From Macrostomum lignano (lineage: Eukaryota), in assembly GCA_002269645.1 (NCBI GenBank), contig NIVC01000900.1, positions 1-64,000 of the forward strand: 64,000 bases of DNA. Reading direction: 5' to 3'. The notes beneath the pieces are model-generated. The model was not told where the DNA came from and made no database searches. It was given only the letters and a program-made list of their open reading frames with translations. How positions within the stretch are numbered: the stretch's first letter is position 1; each line of letters starts with the position of its first letter. Below are positions 1-12,000 of this stretch, one piece after another. Position numbers and translations under genes: made by a program.

Positions 1-66
1 GAGTTTGGCGTCGAATATTTCACCTTCAATGTACTTCCTAAACGTTGTTATCGTTGCTAATTTCAG

Positions 67-853
67 GCCTCCACCAGCTACCCCGTCAACTCTCCAGCCC
101 CGCCGCCCTACACTCCGAGTTCGAGCGGCCCACCGTACGGCGGCGGAGGTCCCGGCGGTCCAGGCGCTCCCTACGGCGCTCCGTACGGTGGCGCCCCTAC
201 GGCGCTCCTTACGGCGGTGCCCCCTACGGTGGTCCGCCATACGGAGGCCCCGGTGGTCCGGCGGTCCCGGCGGCCCAGCGCCTTACCCCGGCGGCCATGG
301 CGGTCCTGGAGGCCCTGGCGGTCCACCGCCAATCGGTTTCAACATTGGCGGCGGTCCCGGTGGTCCTCCAATGCCTCCGGGTTCTTCCGGCGGCTATCCC
401 GGACCGCACCATAGCGGCCCGCCGCCTCCGCCGCCGCCGACCTACGCTGGGCCGGGGGTTCCGGCCCGGTTATTACGGAGCGCCACCAGGCGGCGGCGCT
501 GTGGGCTACCCGATGCAGCCGTACCAGCAGCAGCCGCGCTACCCTCAAGCAGCTGGTGGAGCTGCAGCCTATCCCTACGGCCATCCGCCGCAGCAGCAGT
601 ATCAGCAATACCCACAGCAGCCGGGCGGCGTTGTTGTTGTTAAACAGAAAAAGAAGAAGAACAAAGGAATGCGCAATGCTGCGGTAGGCTTGGCTGCCGG
701 AGCGGCTGGAGCCTATGTTGCGCATCGCGCGTTGGCGGCTGGGGTCACGGCATGGGCTGGGGCCATGGGATGGGTTGGCGACATGGCTCCTGGTCTTCGC
801 TGAGCAGCTGGGGCAGCTGTGGCAGTTTCAGCAGCTTTGGAAGTTTTGATTAA
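67..853 (+). CDS. Terminal exon of a Gly/Pro/Tyr-rich low-complexity protein; reading frame broken by four small indels
   Basis: Acceptor tttcag at 61-66. The GP/PPY-rich peptide passes through successive frames (ASTSYPVNSPAPPPYTP..., PYGAPYGGAPYGG..., GGPAPYPGGHGG..., GFRPGYYGAPP...KKKKNKGMRNAAVGLAAGAAGAY..., GGWGHGMGWGHGMGWRHGSWSSLSSWGSCGSFSSFGSFD*). Shifts near 198, 258, 458 and 732; stop TAA 851-853. Upstream exon(s) lie outside the window. Confidence 0.65.
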
Positions 854-1102
854 TCAACAGGATGTTGGACGATTGATGGTAGAGAGCGTTAGATGCTCAT
901 TTGTGCATTCTGGATACCAAATCTCCCTCTGTAAATTGTTTTATTTTTATTATTTTATGAAGTGGACAAACAGATGTGTAACTGTGTAAGAGATACGATA
1001 TAATTTTACAATATTGCTAACCCAGCCAAGTAAGACGCGCTGTTCACGAAGAGTGGTCACAGATGCTCTAAAAGAAAGTTGACAAGACTTCGTTGAAGCA
1101 TT

Positions 1103-1376
1103 GGGTTAATAAAGTAGTGTCAGAGCGTCGAACTCACGACTTGAAGGTCGGGGGCTCGATTCTCGGTCCCATTGGAACTATTTGTGGCCTTGAGCAACCC
1201 AGCTGTAAAACGGGTGCCAGCATTAGCTGGACTAATTGAGGATGTGTGTGGCGACCCCCCAGTCCTTGGACTGAACAGCCGTACGCAGCCTTCAGATGCG
1301 CCGCGCAATAGCTGCGGCTGAGCTGTCGGTTGCACACCTGCCCATTTTGGGAAGGTGTAATCAATTATTATTATTA
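1103..1376 (+). mobile_element. tRNA-derived SINE, family A
   Basis: tRNA-like head with B box (GGCTCGATTCTC), body shared with copies at 2543, 14710, 38510 and 57139 (CCCAGCTGTAAAA..GGTGCCAGC; GCTGCGGCTGAGCTGTCGGTTGCAC), (TAT)n tail. Confidence 0.8.
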
Positions 1377-2101
1377 AAATACTAATATTGCAAGATATTT
1401 ACACAATAAAGAAATGTTCCCTGCGTCTGTGACTTCTTTATAATGATATTTAGATGTTGCTTTTGATGGCACCATGACAGTGGCATCATAAATTATAATA
1501 TTTCTTCGCACATTGTCAGCTTAAAAACTTTTCAAGCCAGTTTTTAATCATTGTTTTATCTGCTTTTAAATCAAGAGACCAGTTAATAAGTTTACTTAGT
1601 GGATAATGCTATGTACCCTGTATACAGTTTTGAGCCTCTATATATTTATTCAGATTTCTAGCAACACATTTTACTCAGAAAAAAATCATTTGGTTTTTAA
1701 ATAATTAAGCTTTGCTATTTGTGACAAAGAATAGTAGCTATCCAAATATATACTATATTAAATTTATAAATTAACTAACGCATTGTTGTTGTAGAATGCG
1801 TATCATTTAACATTTATCCTATAGGAGCGTAAATTATCAAGTTCTATATTTGTCTGCTTTGATAATTTCAATCTCTAGAAGCGCACGATGCTCACATACC
1901 GTTTACAACCTTGAGCACAGTTCGTACAACAATGTAAATCTGGCTCTTATAAGCGTTTATATAGTCTACACCATAGACACATTATTATATTCACGCATAT
2001 TTGAATCCTAAACTTATACTCGTATTACTTGTAGAAAATCAAATTTAGCGAATTTATCGCGTAATTCATCATTTTTACATGTAAAGTACATAAAAATCGG
2101 C

Positions 2102-5062
2102 ATGTCAACCAGCTGTCACCATCTAGATCACAACTGCGAATGGCCAGACACGGACGAGCTGGTGGCAGCAGCCAATCGGATTCGACCCTACGTAAGCGTC
2201 ACTCCAGTCATGACGTCATCTTTATTGGACTCGATGTCCAACGGTAGGCGACTTTACTTCAAATGCGAGCATCTTCAACGTACTGGAAGTTTTAAGCTGC
2301 GAGGCGCTTTGAACGCCTTGCTGAGAATGCCTCAGGGCTATGCAGGTGTGGTGGCGCACAGCAGCGGTAACCATGGACAGGCGCTGGCCTGGGCAGCGGA
2401 CAGGCTCCGTCTGGTCTGCTGCGTTGTGGTGCCAAACGATACACCGGCGGCAAAGGTTGGCCTTTAAACATTTTTTTAAATGAATCATTTTGGACTAGCT
2501 GAGCTTCTTTTTGGCAACCCCTAAACCCCCATAGCCTAGCCTGGAGTTGTACCTGTATTCTAGTGGTTAGAGCGTCGGACTCACGACTGAAAGGTCGGGG
2601 GTTCGATTCTCGATCACACTGGAACAATTTGTGTCCTCGAACGAGACATTAAACTCTGCATTGCTTCAGTTCATAGCTGCGGCTGAGCTGTCGGTTGCAA
2701 ATCTGCCCATTATTGTATAATTTGGTACAAAAAGCAAAAAAGGCGTCGAAATATTAAAGCTCTATTATATTATGGTTTCTTAGTGTTAGTTTTGTGTAAT
2801 GAAGATGGCAGAAAACAGAAAATACAGGGTCTGTCCCACCGATTACGACGACAGATGCCGATTTACGAAACTTGTTGATTATTTGCTTTTCTCGCCATCT
2901 TAGACTAGGTTAGACCCTTCGATCCTTAATTTAGAGGAACCCATTTTTAGTCTCCCTCCCCCTTCACAACCAGATTCAGCCCATGCGCAGCTACGGCGCG
3001 GAGGTGCACTTCTGCCAGCCGAACTACTCAGATCGACGGCGGGTCTGCGACAGGCTGGCCGCCGAGCGACGACTCTATCCGGTGCCCTCGTCCGACCACT
3101 GGGACGTGATCTCTGGGCAAGCCAGTGTCGGGCTGGAGCTGATAGAACAGGTGCCAGAGCTGGATGCGGTCTTGGTACCTGTCTGTGGCGGGGGACTGGC
3201 CGCAGGTGTGGCTCTGGCGTCGGCGACGATGTCCAAAGCTGCAGAGCCTGCATCGGCCAGTGCTGCACGGTCGTCTGTTAGAGTCTACTGCGTTGAGGCA
3301 GCCGGGAAGGTTAGCAAATTTTCAGGAATTTTAGTCAGGAGACTTAATTTTCTGCAGGAACACCAAGCCATTACTGCCCATTCTGAGGCATTATACTGCC
3401 GATTCTGCCGACTCCCCTGAGCAGGCACACAAGTGCGTGGTCACGTGCGCAGTCATACGCGCAGGCACACACTCACACACGGGAGTGTACAGCGGCCCTA
3501 ACTTTATTTTTCGTTAGGCATGTACACTTCACTGCGCTTTGTGGACCCTCACGGGGCGTTAATTCTAAGGGCGTCCAAGTTAATGCTAGCTACTGCACTT
3601 AGAATCGAGCCTGGGCTGCTGACACATGAGAACGCCTCGCTAGACCACTTGACTAGGGCCCAACGGCTTCTAGAGTCATTTGGCGTTACCTTTTTCCACA
3701 AGCTCCGCTTAAGTGAAGGCCAGTGGCCACCACTGTCAGAGAGATGATGCACTAGCACTAGCTTATGAAAACAATTCAATTTTCTGGCAGTATTGTTTAG
3801 TATCTCGACGGTTTAGAGGCCTGGCGACTTGACTATTGTGTGAGAAAGTGCAGAAAAAAGGAAAAACAAAGATTTTCATCTGGCCTAATGTACTTTACAG
3901 TTAAATTTAGCTTTTAAAAAAGTCTAGAGTAAATTACGCACTCGTATGCTTTGAAATTTGATATTCTTGAGAAAGACGCCAGCATCAGAAGACTCCAGCG
4001 TCAGAAGACTCCAGCGTCAGAAGACTCCAGCGTCAGAAGACTCCAGCGTCAGAAGACTCCAGCGTCAGAAGACTCCAGCGTCAGAAGACTCCAGCGTCAG
4101 AAGACTCCAGCGTCAGAAGACTCCAGCGTCAGAAGACTCCAGCGTCAGAAGACTCCAGCGTCAGAAGACTCCAGCGTCAGAAGACTCCAGCGTCAGAAGA
4201 CTCCAGCGTCGGAAGACTCCAGCGTCAGAAGACTCCAGCGTCAGAAGACTCCAGCGTCGGAAGACACCAGCGTCAGAAGACTCCAGCGTCAGAAGACTCC
4301 AGCGTCAGAAGACTCCAGCGTCAGATGCATAAGCGTCAGCTGGCGACATGCAGTCTTGTCATTCATCTACGCCACTGACTCTTGTCCGTCTGTCGAGAAT
4401 GCTTTCAAAGTAAATGAGATGCCATTTGGTATTATTGTACTACACTGTATATCTCTTTAAATATACCTGGTATTTGAAACTTCAATTAGCAAAAAGATTT
4501 CACGCATCACTTTTTACGGAATTACTTCTCTAACAGGAGTCATGAAAATATTTTAATGACTGTATGCGTATAGTCTGGAAAAGAAAATGGGAAATGCATC
4601 TGGTACTTTTCCAACTCGGGCATCAACTTGCAGAATCTCGCGGCCAGCCTTGTCGCCGGCCAGCCGCTGAATACGTCCGACGAGTTTATTCCGACCGTTG
4701 CCGAGTCGCTTCGTCTTCGGCCAGTTGCTCCGCTCGCTCTCTCGGTGCTGCACCGTCTGGCCGAACGAAGAGTTTTCAGCGTTGACAACGCCGGTATGGC
4801 TGGCGGCGTGCGGCTGGCCGCTCGCTATCTCAAACAGACAGTGGAAGCCGCCAGCGGCGCCGCCCTGTTCGCCGCTGTACACCTGGCCGACAAGACTCTC
4901 CCTCCGGTGACTGAGTGCCAAAATATTGGCGTCGTGCTGAGTGGGGGAAATCTTGACCCGTTTTCTAAGGAGTTCTACAGATTGACTGCTGAGCTAGAGA
5001 CAGTCACGGATGGTGGCGGCGGCCCGGTGAACATTGTCGGGCCTGTGATGCTTCAGATGTGA
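2102..5062 (+). CDS. SRR: PLP-dependent serine/aspartate racemase family enzyme, 372 aa; exons 2102-2455, 2974-3309, 4634-5062
   Basis: PLP-lysine motif FKCEHLQRTGSFKLRGA, HSSGNHGQA, VISGQ, VPVCGGGL, VVLSGGNLD. Both introns are GT-AG phase 0 and join in frame. AATAAA at about 5128. Confidence 0.92.
2543..2715 (+). mobile_element. SINE family A, internally deleted copy in racemase intron 1
   Basis: TAGTGGTTAGAGCGTCGGACTCACGACTGAAAGGTCGGGGTTCGATTCTC head plus the shared 3' block GCTGCGGCTGAGCTGTCGGTTGCA. Confidence 0.75.
3360..3662 (-). mobile_element. tRNA-derived SINE, family B, in racemase intron 2
   Basis: Minus strand reads GGGCCCTAGTCAAGTGGTCTAGCG...CCCAGGCTCGATTCTAAGTGCAGT (A/B-box-like); body homologous to the complemented copy at 51688-52049. 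Confidence 0.75.
3972..4324. repeat. 16-bp minisatellite AGAAGACTCCAGCGTC, about 22 copies
   Basis: Direct reading; explains the repetitive ORFs 3951-4460 and 3958-4332. Confidence 0.95.
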
Positions 5063-5925
5063 AGGCGTGTCTTTGTTTTGTGAGCAGTTGCATTTAGTCG
5101 TGAAATCGTAGTACATGCCGCTTCATGAATAAAGAACAGGTAGAGCATTATACGAGCGTACTAAATGCAACTTAATCTATACATGTATGTCTATAAGAAC
5201 TAAATTAATGAATGCAACATCTTCAATTTCAACAGTTACTATTTGCAGAATTTATTTTTCTTTACTTGCAATAGCTACTTAATAGTAGTATTAGTGCTTT
5301 CTTAGTTGCTTTGTAATTTTTATGGCTAAAAAGAGCTAAAAATATAAATGCTATGATATACGTGCTGAGTGCAGTGGCAACCATAAGTTGGTTAATTTTT
5401 GCTATATCAATATAACAAAATCGTTGAAAGGCAGTCAAAAATTCTTAACAAATGATGTGCGATTATGTATAATTCCCAGATGATTTTCGAATGAAAAAAA
5501 TGAAAAAAATCAGATGGAACCAATTGTGCTGCCTATTGATAATTGTCCTCTGTCGGTTTTTCTATCTGTCCTATCAAGCTGGCGATAACGATAAGTATAA
5601 CGATACTAAACTCAAATGTGGGTGCCTCATCCAAAAAAATCTTGAAGGTTAATCTTAATGCCAGTTTCCGCAAACTAGACGCCGTTCATGTGTCCGTCTG
5701 GGCGCCGGACGCTGGCAGCCTTTAGCAACGTCCGAGCGCTGCATGGCTCTCGATGCAATTAATCTACTGCGTGGAGTCAACTGGACGGGATCTGGCCGTC
5801 AGCATTGAAGTCGGGAAGCCGTTTAAAACTTGTCCGACGAGTTTTTAGTTCACAGCTACACTGGCATGGCCTCGAGGGCGTTCGTCTGGCAGCTCTTTAC
5901 CTGATCATGAAGCAGACGATGCCCC

Positions 5926-7662
5926 ATGCTATGGGCATTGCTCTCACATTTAAGGATGCCGAAAGAGGCGATACATAAATTACAAGACCTACACGAGAAC
6001 ACACTTTACCGAGTGAAGGGCGGGGAAGGAATAAGCGAAGGTTGGTCACCAGAACGCGGTCTCAGAGAAGGATGCCCTACGTCACCGGTTTTATTCAACA
6101 TTTATCACCAAGCGTGCATGAGAATGGCAGAGAAAGAAAGACAAGAAGAAGCCAAGAAGTCAGGAAACATATGTGGAATTGAGTGGAGCTGGCCACCAGG
6201 ACACTCATTACCGCCACAGCGCAGACACCAATACAACTCAGAAAACCGGACACACATGTTCCAGACCTCCCTCTCTTCGCGGACGACACCACCCTAACAG
6301 GGAACCGCGGTGAACTGACCGGTGGCCTCGGAATAACAAAAGAAGTCATGCAGCGGTTTGAGGAGAAGACCAACGACCAGAAGCAAGAGAACCTCCTCTT
6401 CGGAACACCAGAAGGAGGTACGGTGAGGATGCTAGGAAGCTGGCTAGACGGAGAAGAAGTAGACGTGAGGCAGAGGATCGGAAGAGCCAATAAGAGCTGG
6501 AAGACAATAAGGAAACGCTCGTAAAGTGCAGATTGTGAAAGAGAACACAAGGACGAGTGATTGAAGCCTGAGTCGAGAGCACACTTCTGTATCAAGCCAA
6601 CGTGAGACCGTTCCACCTGTCCCAAATAAAGAAAATGCAGCGATGCATGGACAGAATGTATCGGTTTGTCTGGAGCTCTAAAGTGAAGGAACCAATCAGA
6701 AAATGGAAGAAAAGGAGGTGAATATGCAAGACATCAGAAACGAACTAGGCGTCGCATCCGTGAGATTTAAGATTGAACGCACACACCTCATCCGTGTTTG
6801 GCACGTATTACGCATGCCGGACGAGAGACAGACCAAGAAAGCAGTCTTAGGCTGGTACAAGAGGCTGGAAGGAATCGGGAAGAGAAGACAACGGAAGAAC
6901 CAGACAATTGACTCTTGGAGGAGATTGTTAAAGGAAGCAGAAATCGAATCAGAGAGCGCAGAAAGATTTACACAAGATCGAAGTGGAGAAGTGGAGAAGT
7001 GGGTTGTGGAAGCGATGACGAAAGAAATGCGAGAATGGGAGGAACGTCAAGGAAAAAAGGCCGAGGGAAGAAAGCGTAATAACCCGAGACAGAGATCCCA
7101 CCCACCGGTAGAAACAGAATAGGAACCGGAAGTAATACGGGAAGAGAGAGGTAGAAGGAAGGAGAAGAGAACGGAGTTCAAATGTGAATATGAAGGATGT
7201 GAGAAGATCTGCAAGAGTAAAGCGGGACTAGCGATCCATGAGAAGAGAATGCACCGCGTTAGGAACACACAAGTGATGTTCGAGTGCAGCAAGTGCAAGA
7301 AAACATTCACGCAAGAAGCGACAATGAAAAACCACAAGAAGAGTTGCAGAGGCGAGCAGGAAAAGGACGGAAAGACGGCATGCAACAAGGAATGCGGTAT
7401 AGAAGTGACAACATCAAATTTGGCGAGACACCGAAAGAATTGCAGCAAACCAGGAAAGAGCACAGAAAACTCCACCTAGGAAGTACAAAGCGAAAGTGAA
7501 GGAGTGCGAAACGTGCGGCAGAAATTTGTCAGCAACGAACATGGCGAGGCATATGAGGATCTGTGGAAGGCCCTGATCTGAGAGGACCCTGTGGAGCCAA
7601 GCCGAAAGGCGATAACGGCCAAGAAGAAAAAGAAGACGGCTTAGCTACTACTACTACTACTA
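5926..7662 (+). mobile_element. 5'-truncated, frameshifted non-LTR retrotransposon (RTE-like reverse transcriptase) with four C-terminal zinc fingers and a (CTA)n tail
   Basis: RT motifs RGLREGCPTSPVLFNIY, LFADD, VRMLGSWL, WHVLRMPDERQTKKAVLGW spread over broken frames; Cys/His fingers at about 7175-7570; (CTA)6 at 7645-7662. Confidence 0.85.
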
Positions 7663-7663
7663 A

Positions 7664-7985
7664 CGGTATATATATGTCTGCGCCAAACCCCCCCCCATTC
7701 TGTCTGCGCCAACCCCCCAATTCTGTTTGCGTCACCCCCCCATTCTGTCTGCGTCAACCCCCAGTTGCACCCAACCCCACTGTTTGTTAGGCCAGCCGGT
7801 TTTGGCTGGCTGCGGCTCCAGTGCGCCCCTCGCTCGCCCTGCGATTGGCTGGTGGTCCAGCCAATATCGGTTTATATTCTTTTCTCCCTCCAATCGCGAC
7901 CCCGGCTTTGTAACTTTTATAAGACGATCGTAATTTTGGCTAGCTGAGCCTGGGGTAGCGATACCCCAGGGCTTAACCAGCTAGC
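7664..7985. mobile_element. Possible non-autonomous rolling-circle (Helentron/HINE-like) element
   Basis: Three short TCTGTCTGCG-C-rich repeats, then TTTTGG-CTAGCTG...CAGCTAG inverted pair enclosing the perfect hairpin CCTGGGGTA-GCGA-TACCCCAGG. Family assignment is inference. Confidence 0.35.
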
Positions 7986-8563
7986 GCCAATATAAATATA
8001 TGCAGGAGCGGCAGTAGGGGAGGCATCTTTTTGGTTGAATTGTGCAAGACACAGCCATAAGTTCTAGTACTGCAATAAGACCCGAAGTTATACGCAGTTA
8101 CTCAGAAGTTACTCAGCCAGAACTGAAGAGCGAAGTTGAGAGAAGCCTCCCCTACTGCCATCGCCGCTGCTTCGTGAAGATAAAGGAGTGAGTCGCGCGT
8201 TTTTCTCATTTGAGGGACTGGCGGGGATTAATTCATGCAATAGGGACGGGCTAATCAAGTCTCTTGACGCGATCCCTCGCTCAGAGTCTGAAGTCAGTCC
8301 GGCCAGTTGACTGAAGCCATCTTCGGCTCGTTCACTGTGATAATCAGAGTCGCGATCCGGCCTGTAGCACAACACCATACACAGCTACTATAACGTACAA
8401 CTACCAACAATCTGGCGGGCCATAGGAAAAAGTGAGTGCCTAGACTGACCGGCCGGACCTGCTTGGTGCGCGGGTGAATGTACCAATGCCGAAAGGCAAA
8501 TAAAGGGAAGAAGAAGAAGAAGAAGGGCAAGAACTACACGACCAGGGCAAAGTAGCAGAATTA

Positions 8564-8750
8564 TACTTATCGTCGCTATTTACCAACATTAACAAATCTA
8601 ATATATCTAAAGTAGCAACCCCCCCTCCACCGGCCCTGTCTGTCTGTGGGTATGTAACAGGTTATCTCCCAAAAGGCTCAACCGATTTAACTTATCTTTA
8701 CTTTACTTTTACTTTTTACTTATCGTCGCTATTTACCAACATTAACAAAT
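8564..8750. repeat. 34-bp exact direct repeat pair (8564-8597, 8717-8750) flanking a 119-bp spacer
   Basis: TACTTATCGTCGCTATTTACCAACATTAACAAAT occurs twice. Confidence 0.85.
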
Positions 8751-9039
8751 ATAAACTAATAGTGTTACTAAAAAGTATAAATAACAGAAAAGATTTTCAA
8801 ATAGATATTCGTGTATGTAACGAAGTATTATGTTAGATTAATTCTGTATTATTTAGTGAGTTCAGATTTAGTACCGCTAATTTACTTGTTTCTAAGAAAA
8901 TGACTTTTGCCATTAGGGCCTTTCGAAGTGGCTCTAGCCTCTTACAGATTTAAAGTGTTCAAATTAGCTGTACCGTACCGAAATGCTAGATAGCGGCACT
9001 AAATTTAGCGGGGCCCATCACTAGCAGTGGTGCGTCGAA

Positions 9040-12000
9040 TGGGCTAGAAAGTGAAACTTGCAACTTTAATTATTTCTAATTTTAGCATCCTTAAAGAAGT
9101 AAAATGGTGAACAAAGATTGACAGTGACACTGACCTGTATATAATCTGTATATTGTATGGGTGAAGACAAATTAGACAATAGTTCCAAAATTATAAAAAT
9201 GAATGGCACAGCTTGACTTATGCTTAGGCCCTATGGTTTATGAATATATTTAATATTTTATCATCTCTATTATTAGACTTAATTTGTGTTACATCTTTTA
9301 TCTAAAGCTAAGTGGGCAGACAAACAAACAACCAGAACCAGGCACCAGCTGGGTTGTTAAATGCGTATCTCCTAGTTTTATATAATATTGTTAACACAGT
9401 CAGCTAAGAATTATAAAATATAATTCAAAAACCAATGAGCTAAGGCTGCAGCTGCTGAGCTATTCCATTCTATATAAGCCTATGGTTTTAGATAGCCTTA
9501 TAGCCTATACTTAGGCCTATAGGACATTTTTATGATAAATAGGCCTAGGCCTAATTAATTGAGTTTTATTATGTAAAAATTGACTTAACATTGAATCTAA
9601 TTTTCTAAAGCTTTATTTATTATTAATAATTATGAAAATGAATGTTATACTATAGTAGTAAGCCTAGAATCCCCTAGATCTAAATCTAGGTTTCTATGCC
9701 TTTTGGCACCTCAGTACCTATGCTTTTTGGTACTCTATGCTTTTGGTACCTAGCATGGGTAGGCCTACTAGTCATTTAGATGACAAGTTGTTTTGGTGAC
9801 AAGTTTGTTAGGATTTTTGTTTTGTTCCTATTTGAAAATATCTATCAAAAGATGAATAAATCATATATGTAAAAAAATAAATCAAACTAATTAGACCATG
9901 TATAGGCCCCTAGTTTTCTTTTTGTGTATATAGATTTGAATTACCCTAGGCCTAGAATTTCTATAAGAAATGCAAAACATAGAAAGATTTATATATTAGG
10001 TCTGCCTCCTACAAAAAATAGGCCTAGTCATTTTGGGCTAAAATGCAAGTTTTCTATATTTATAATGATTTTTTAGGCAAATTTAACAGTTCTATACAAT
10101 ATAATCATCTCTATAAACTAGGCCTAATCTCTAAATATTCCAAGAAATATAGTTTATTATCCCATTTATATAGGCTTAGTTCTTGCTTTATAATTGATTA
10201 GTCTAATAATTTAGTCATTATATTATCTAAGATTAGATAGGGATAAGCAAATTGTGGCCCATAGGTCTTATACAAAGGCTATCCTAAAAGTTTTTCCAAT
10301 CATGCTACAGTTTGGACTGATATCACAACAAAACTATTGATTTTTCATAGGGAGTCAAAATAGGATCCAATTAATATAATGGCTTTCTCAGTGCTTAGAA
10401 AACTTAGAAATGCCATCTATAACACTTGAATCACCCAGGTGTTTTAGAAGTCAGATGATCTCATTGAAAAGCTTGTTCAGGCATTGATACTAGCAACTCC
10501 TAGTCCTCTGTAAGAATTTGGTGGATGCTAGATAAAAGAATTTTACTAAGTTCTGCCATTTCTTCAAATATCTATTTTGGATCAATTTCTAGCAGATTTC
10601 TAGTGGCTATGTTGATAGTTGCAGCCACTACAGCATTGTCTATGGTAGAAATAGATCAATTGTATGAACTTTTGGGATGCCCCTTGTAGTTTTCAAAACC
10701 TCTATCTAGCTCTTAGGTACTTTATAACTTCATAATATCAATCTGGCCTACTTAGGCCTAAGGCTTATGTTTCTTAGTTCTCTTTTTCTAGAGTCTCTTT
10801 TCTTCATTTTTTCTCCTTTTCTCCTTTCTATTGTCTTCTCTTTTTCCATTTTTATCTCTTCTTTTTTACTTTAATGTTTTCTTTTTATTTTGCTACTTTC
10901 TTTTCTATTTTTTATCTTCTCTATTTTCCTTATCTTTGCTATTTTCTCTTTTTCTTTTTCCTTTCTATATGATTGCTTTGCTAAAAAAGCAAAATATAAA
11001 TATAATTGCATGTCATTCAAGATTAAGGCTAAAAATTTCTTACAATTGTAATAAAATAGTTGAACATTGTTTATGTAAAATTTGAGTAGTATTTTTGGTA
11101 AAAGTGGAATGATGCTATATAGTAGCTTTGCCATAACCATTTTTTCTATATCTATAGCCATGTCTCAAAATCTTTCCCATAGCTTATCTATATCCATATC
11201 CATAGCTAATAAGCTTTCTATAACTGTTATACAATGCTAAGACCTGGACCCTGATAGATGTATTGTATTAGCTAGACACAATGTATATGGCTATCCTGTA
11301 TACACAGTTTTGCAGGTTCACATGAGTCTAGGCAGCAAAACCAATGTTGCACTTTTCACAAAGGTGTGCTTGATATAGGTTTCTGACCTACTGTGTAGAT
11401 GAAAAGTTGAAAACTTTGACTGGCTAGCCATATTATCTGGTTATAGGTCCGTTGCCTTGAGCTATTACTTGAAATGCTGCTATTCAAGCTGTAGGGACTG
11501 CATAGGCTAGTCCAATGGCAAATAGCAATATTCTCTTCTCTGTCCCCTTTTCTATCCTCTTCTCTATTGGCTTTGTTAATCTTAACTTAAGCCCTTACTA
11601 TCCCAACCACAAAGTGCATATGCTGTCAAAATATTGTTTGAGTCCCTGACTTCAGGTACTTAAGAGCTCCCTTTGTAGGCCCATTGATAATAAAAACATG
11701 TCTTGACTTTAACCCCCCCATTTCAATGCCAATGTGCAATAGTGTCAAAAAATGTCTTTGTTGCTTGAGTCCTCAATTCTATTCTAAGGACTTAAGAGCT
11801 CCCCACATAATGAAAGTGAAAACATTCATCTTAAATTTAGCCTCTACAATCCCAGCCCTATCCTAGTCCCTAACCCCAGGGACTTAAGAGCTTCCCTTGA
11901 AAGTGATTCATCTTAACTTTAGCCCCTTCCACCTAACAACAATGTGCATATGGCATCAAAACTCTCTGTTGCTTCAGTAGCATGCTTTTACTAGCATCTT

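Noticed and set aside
8109-8530. Short minus-strand ORFs
   Set aside because: No motifs or splice support; cannot assign.
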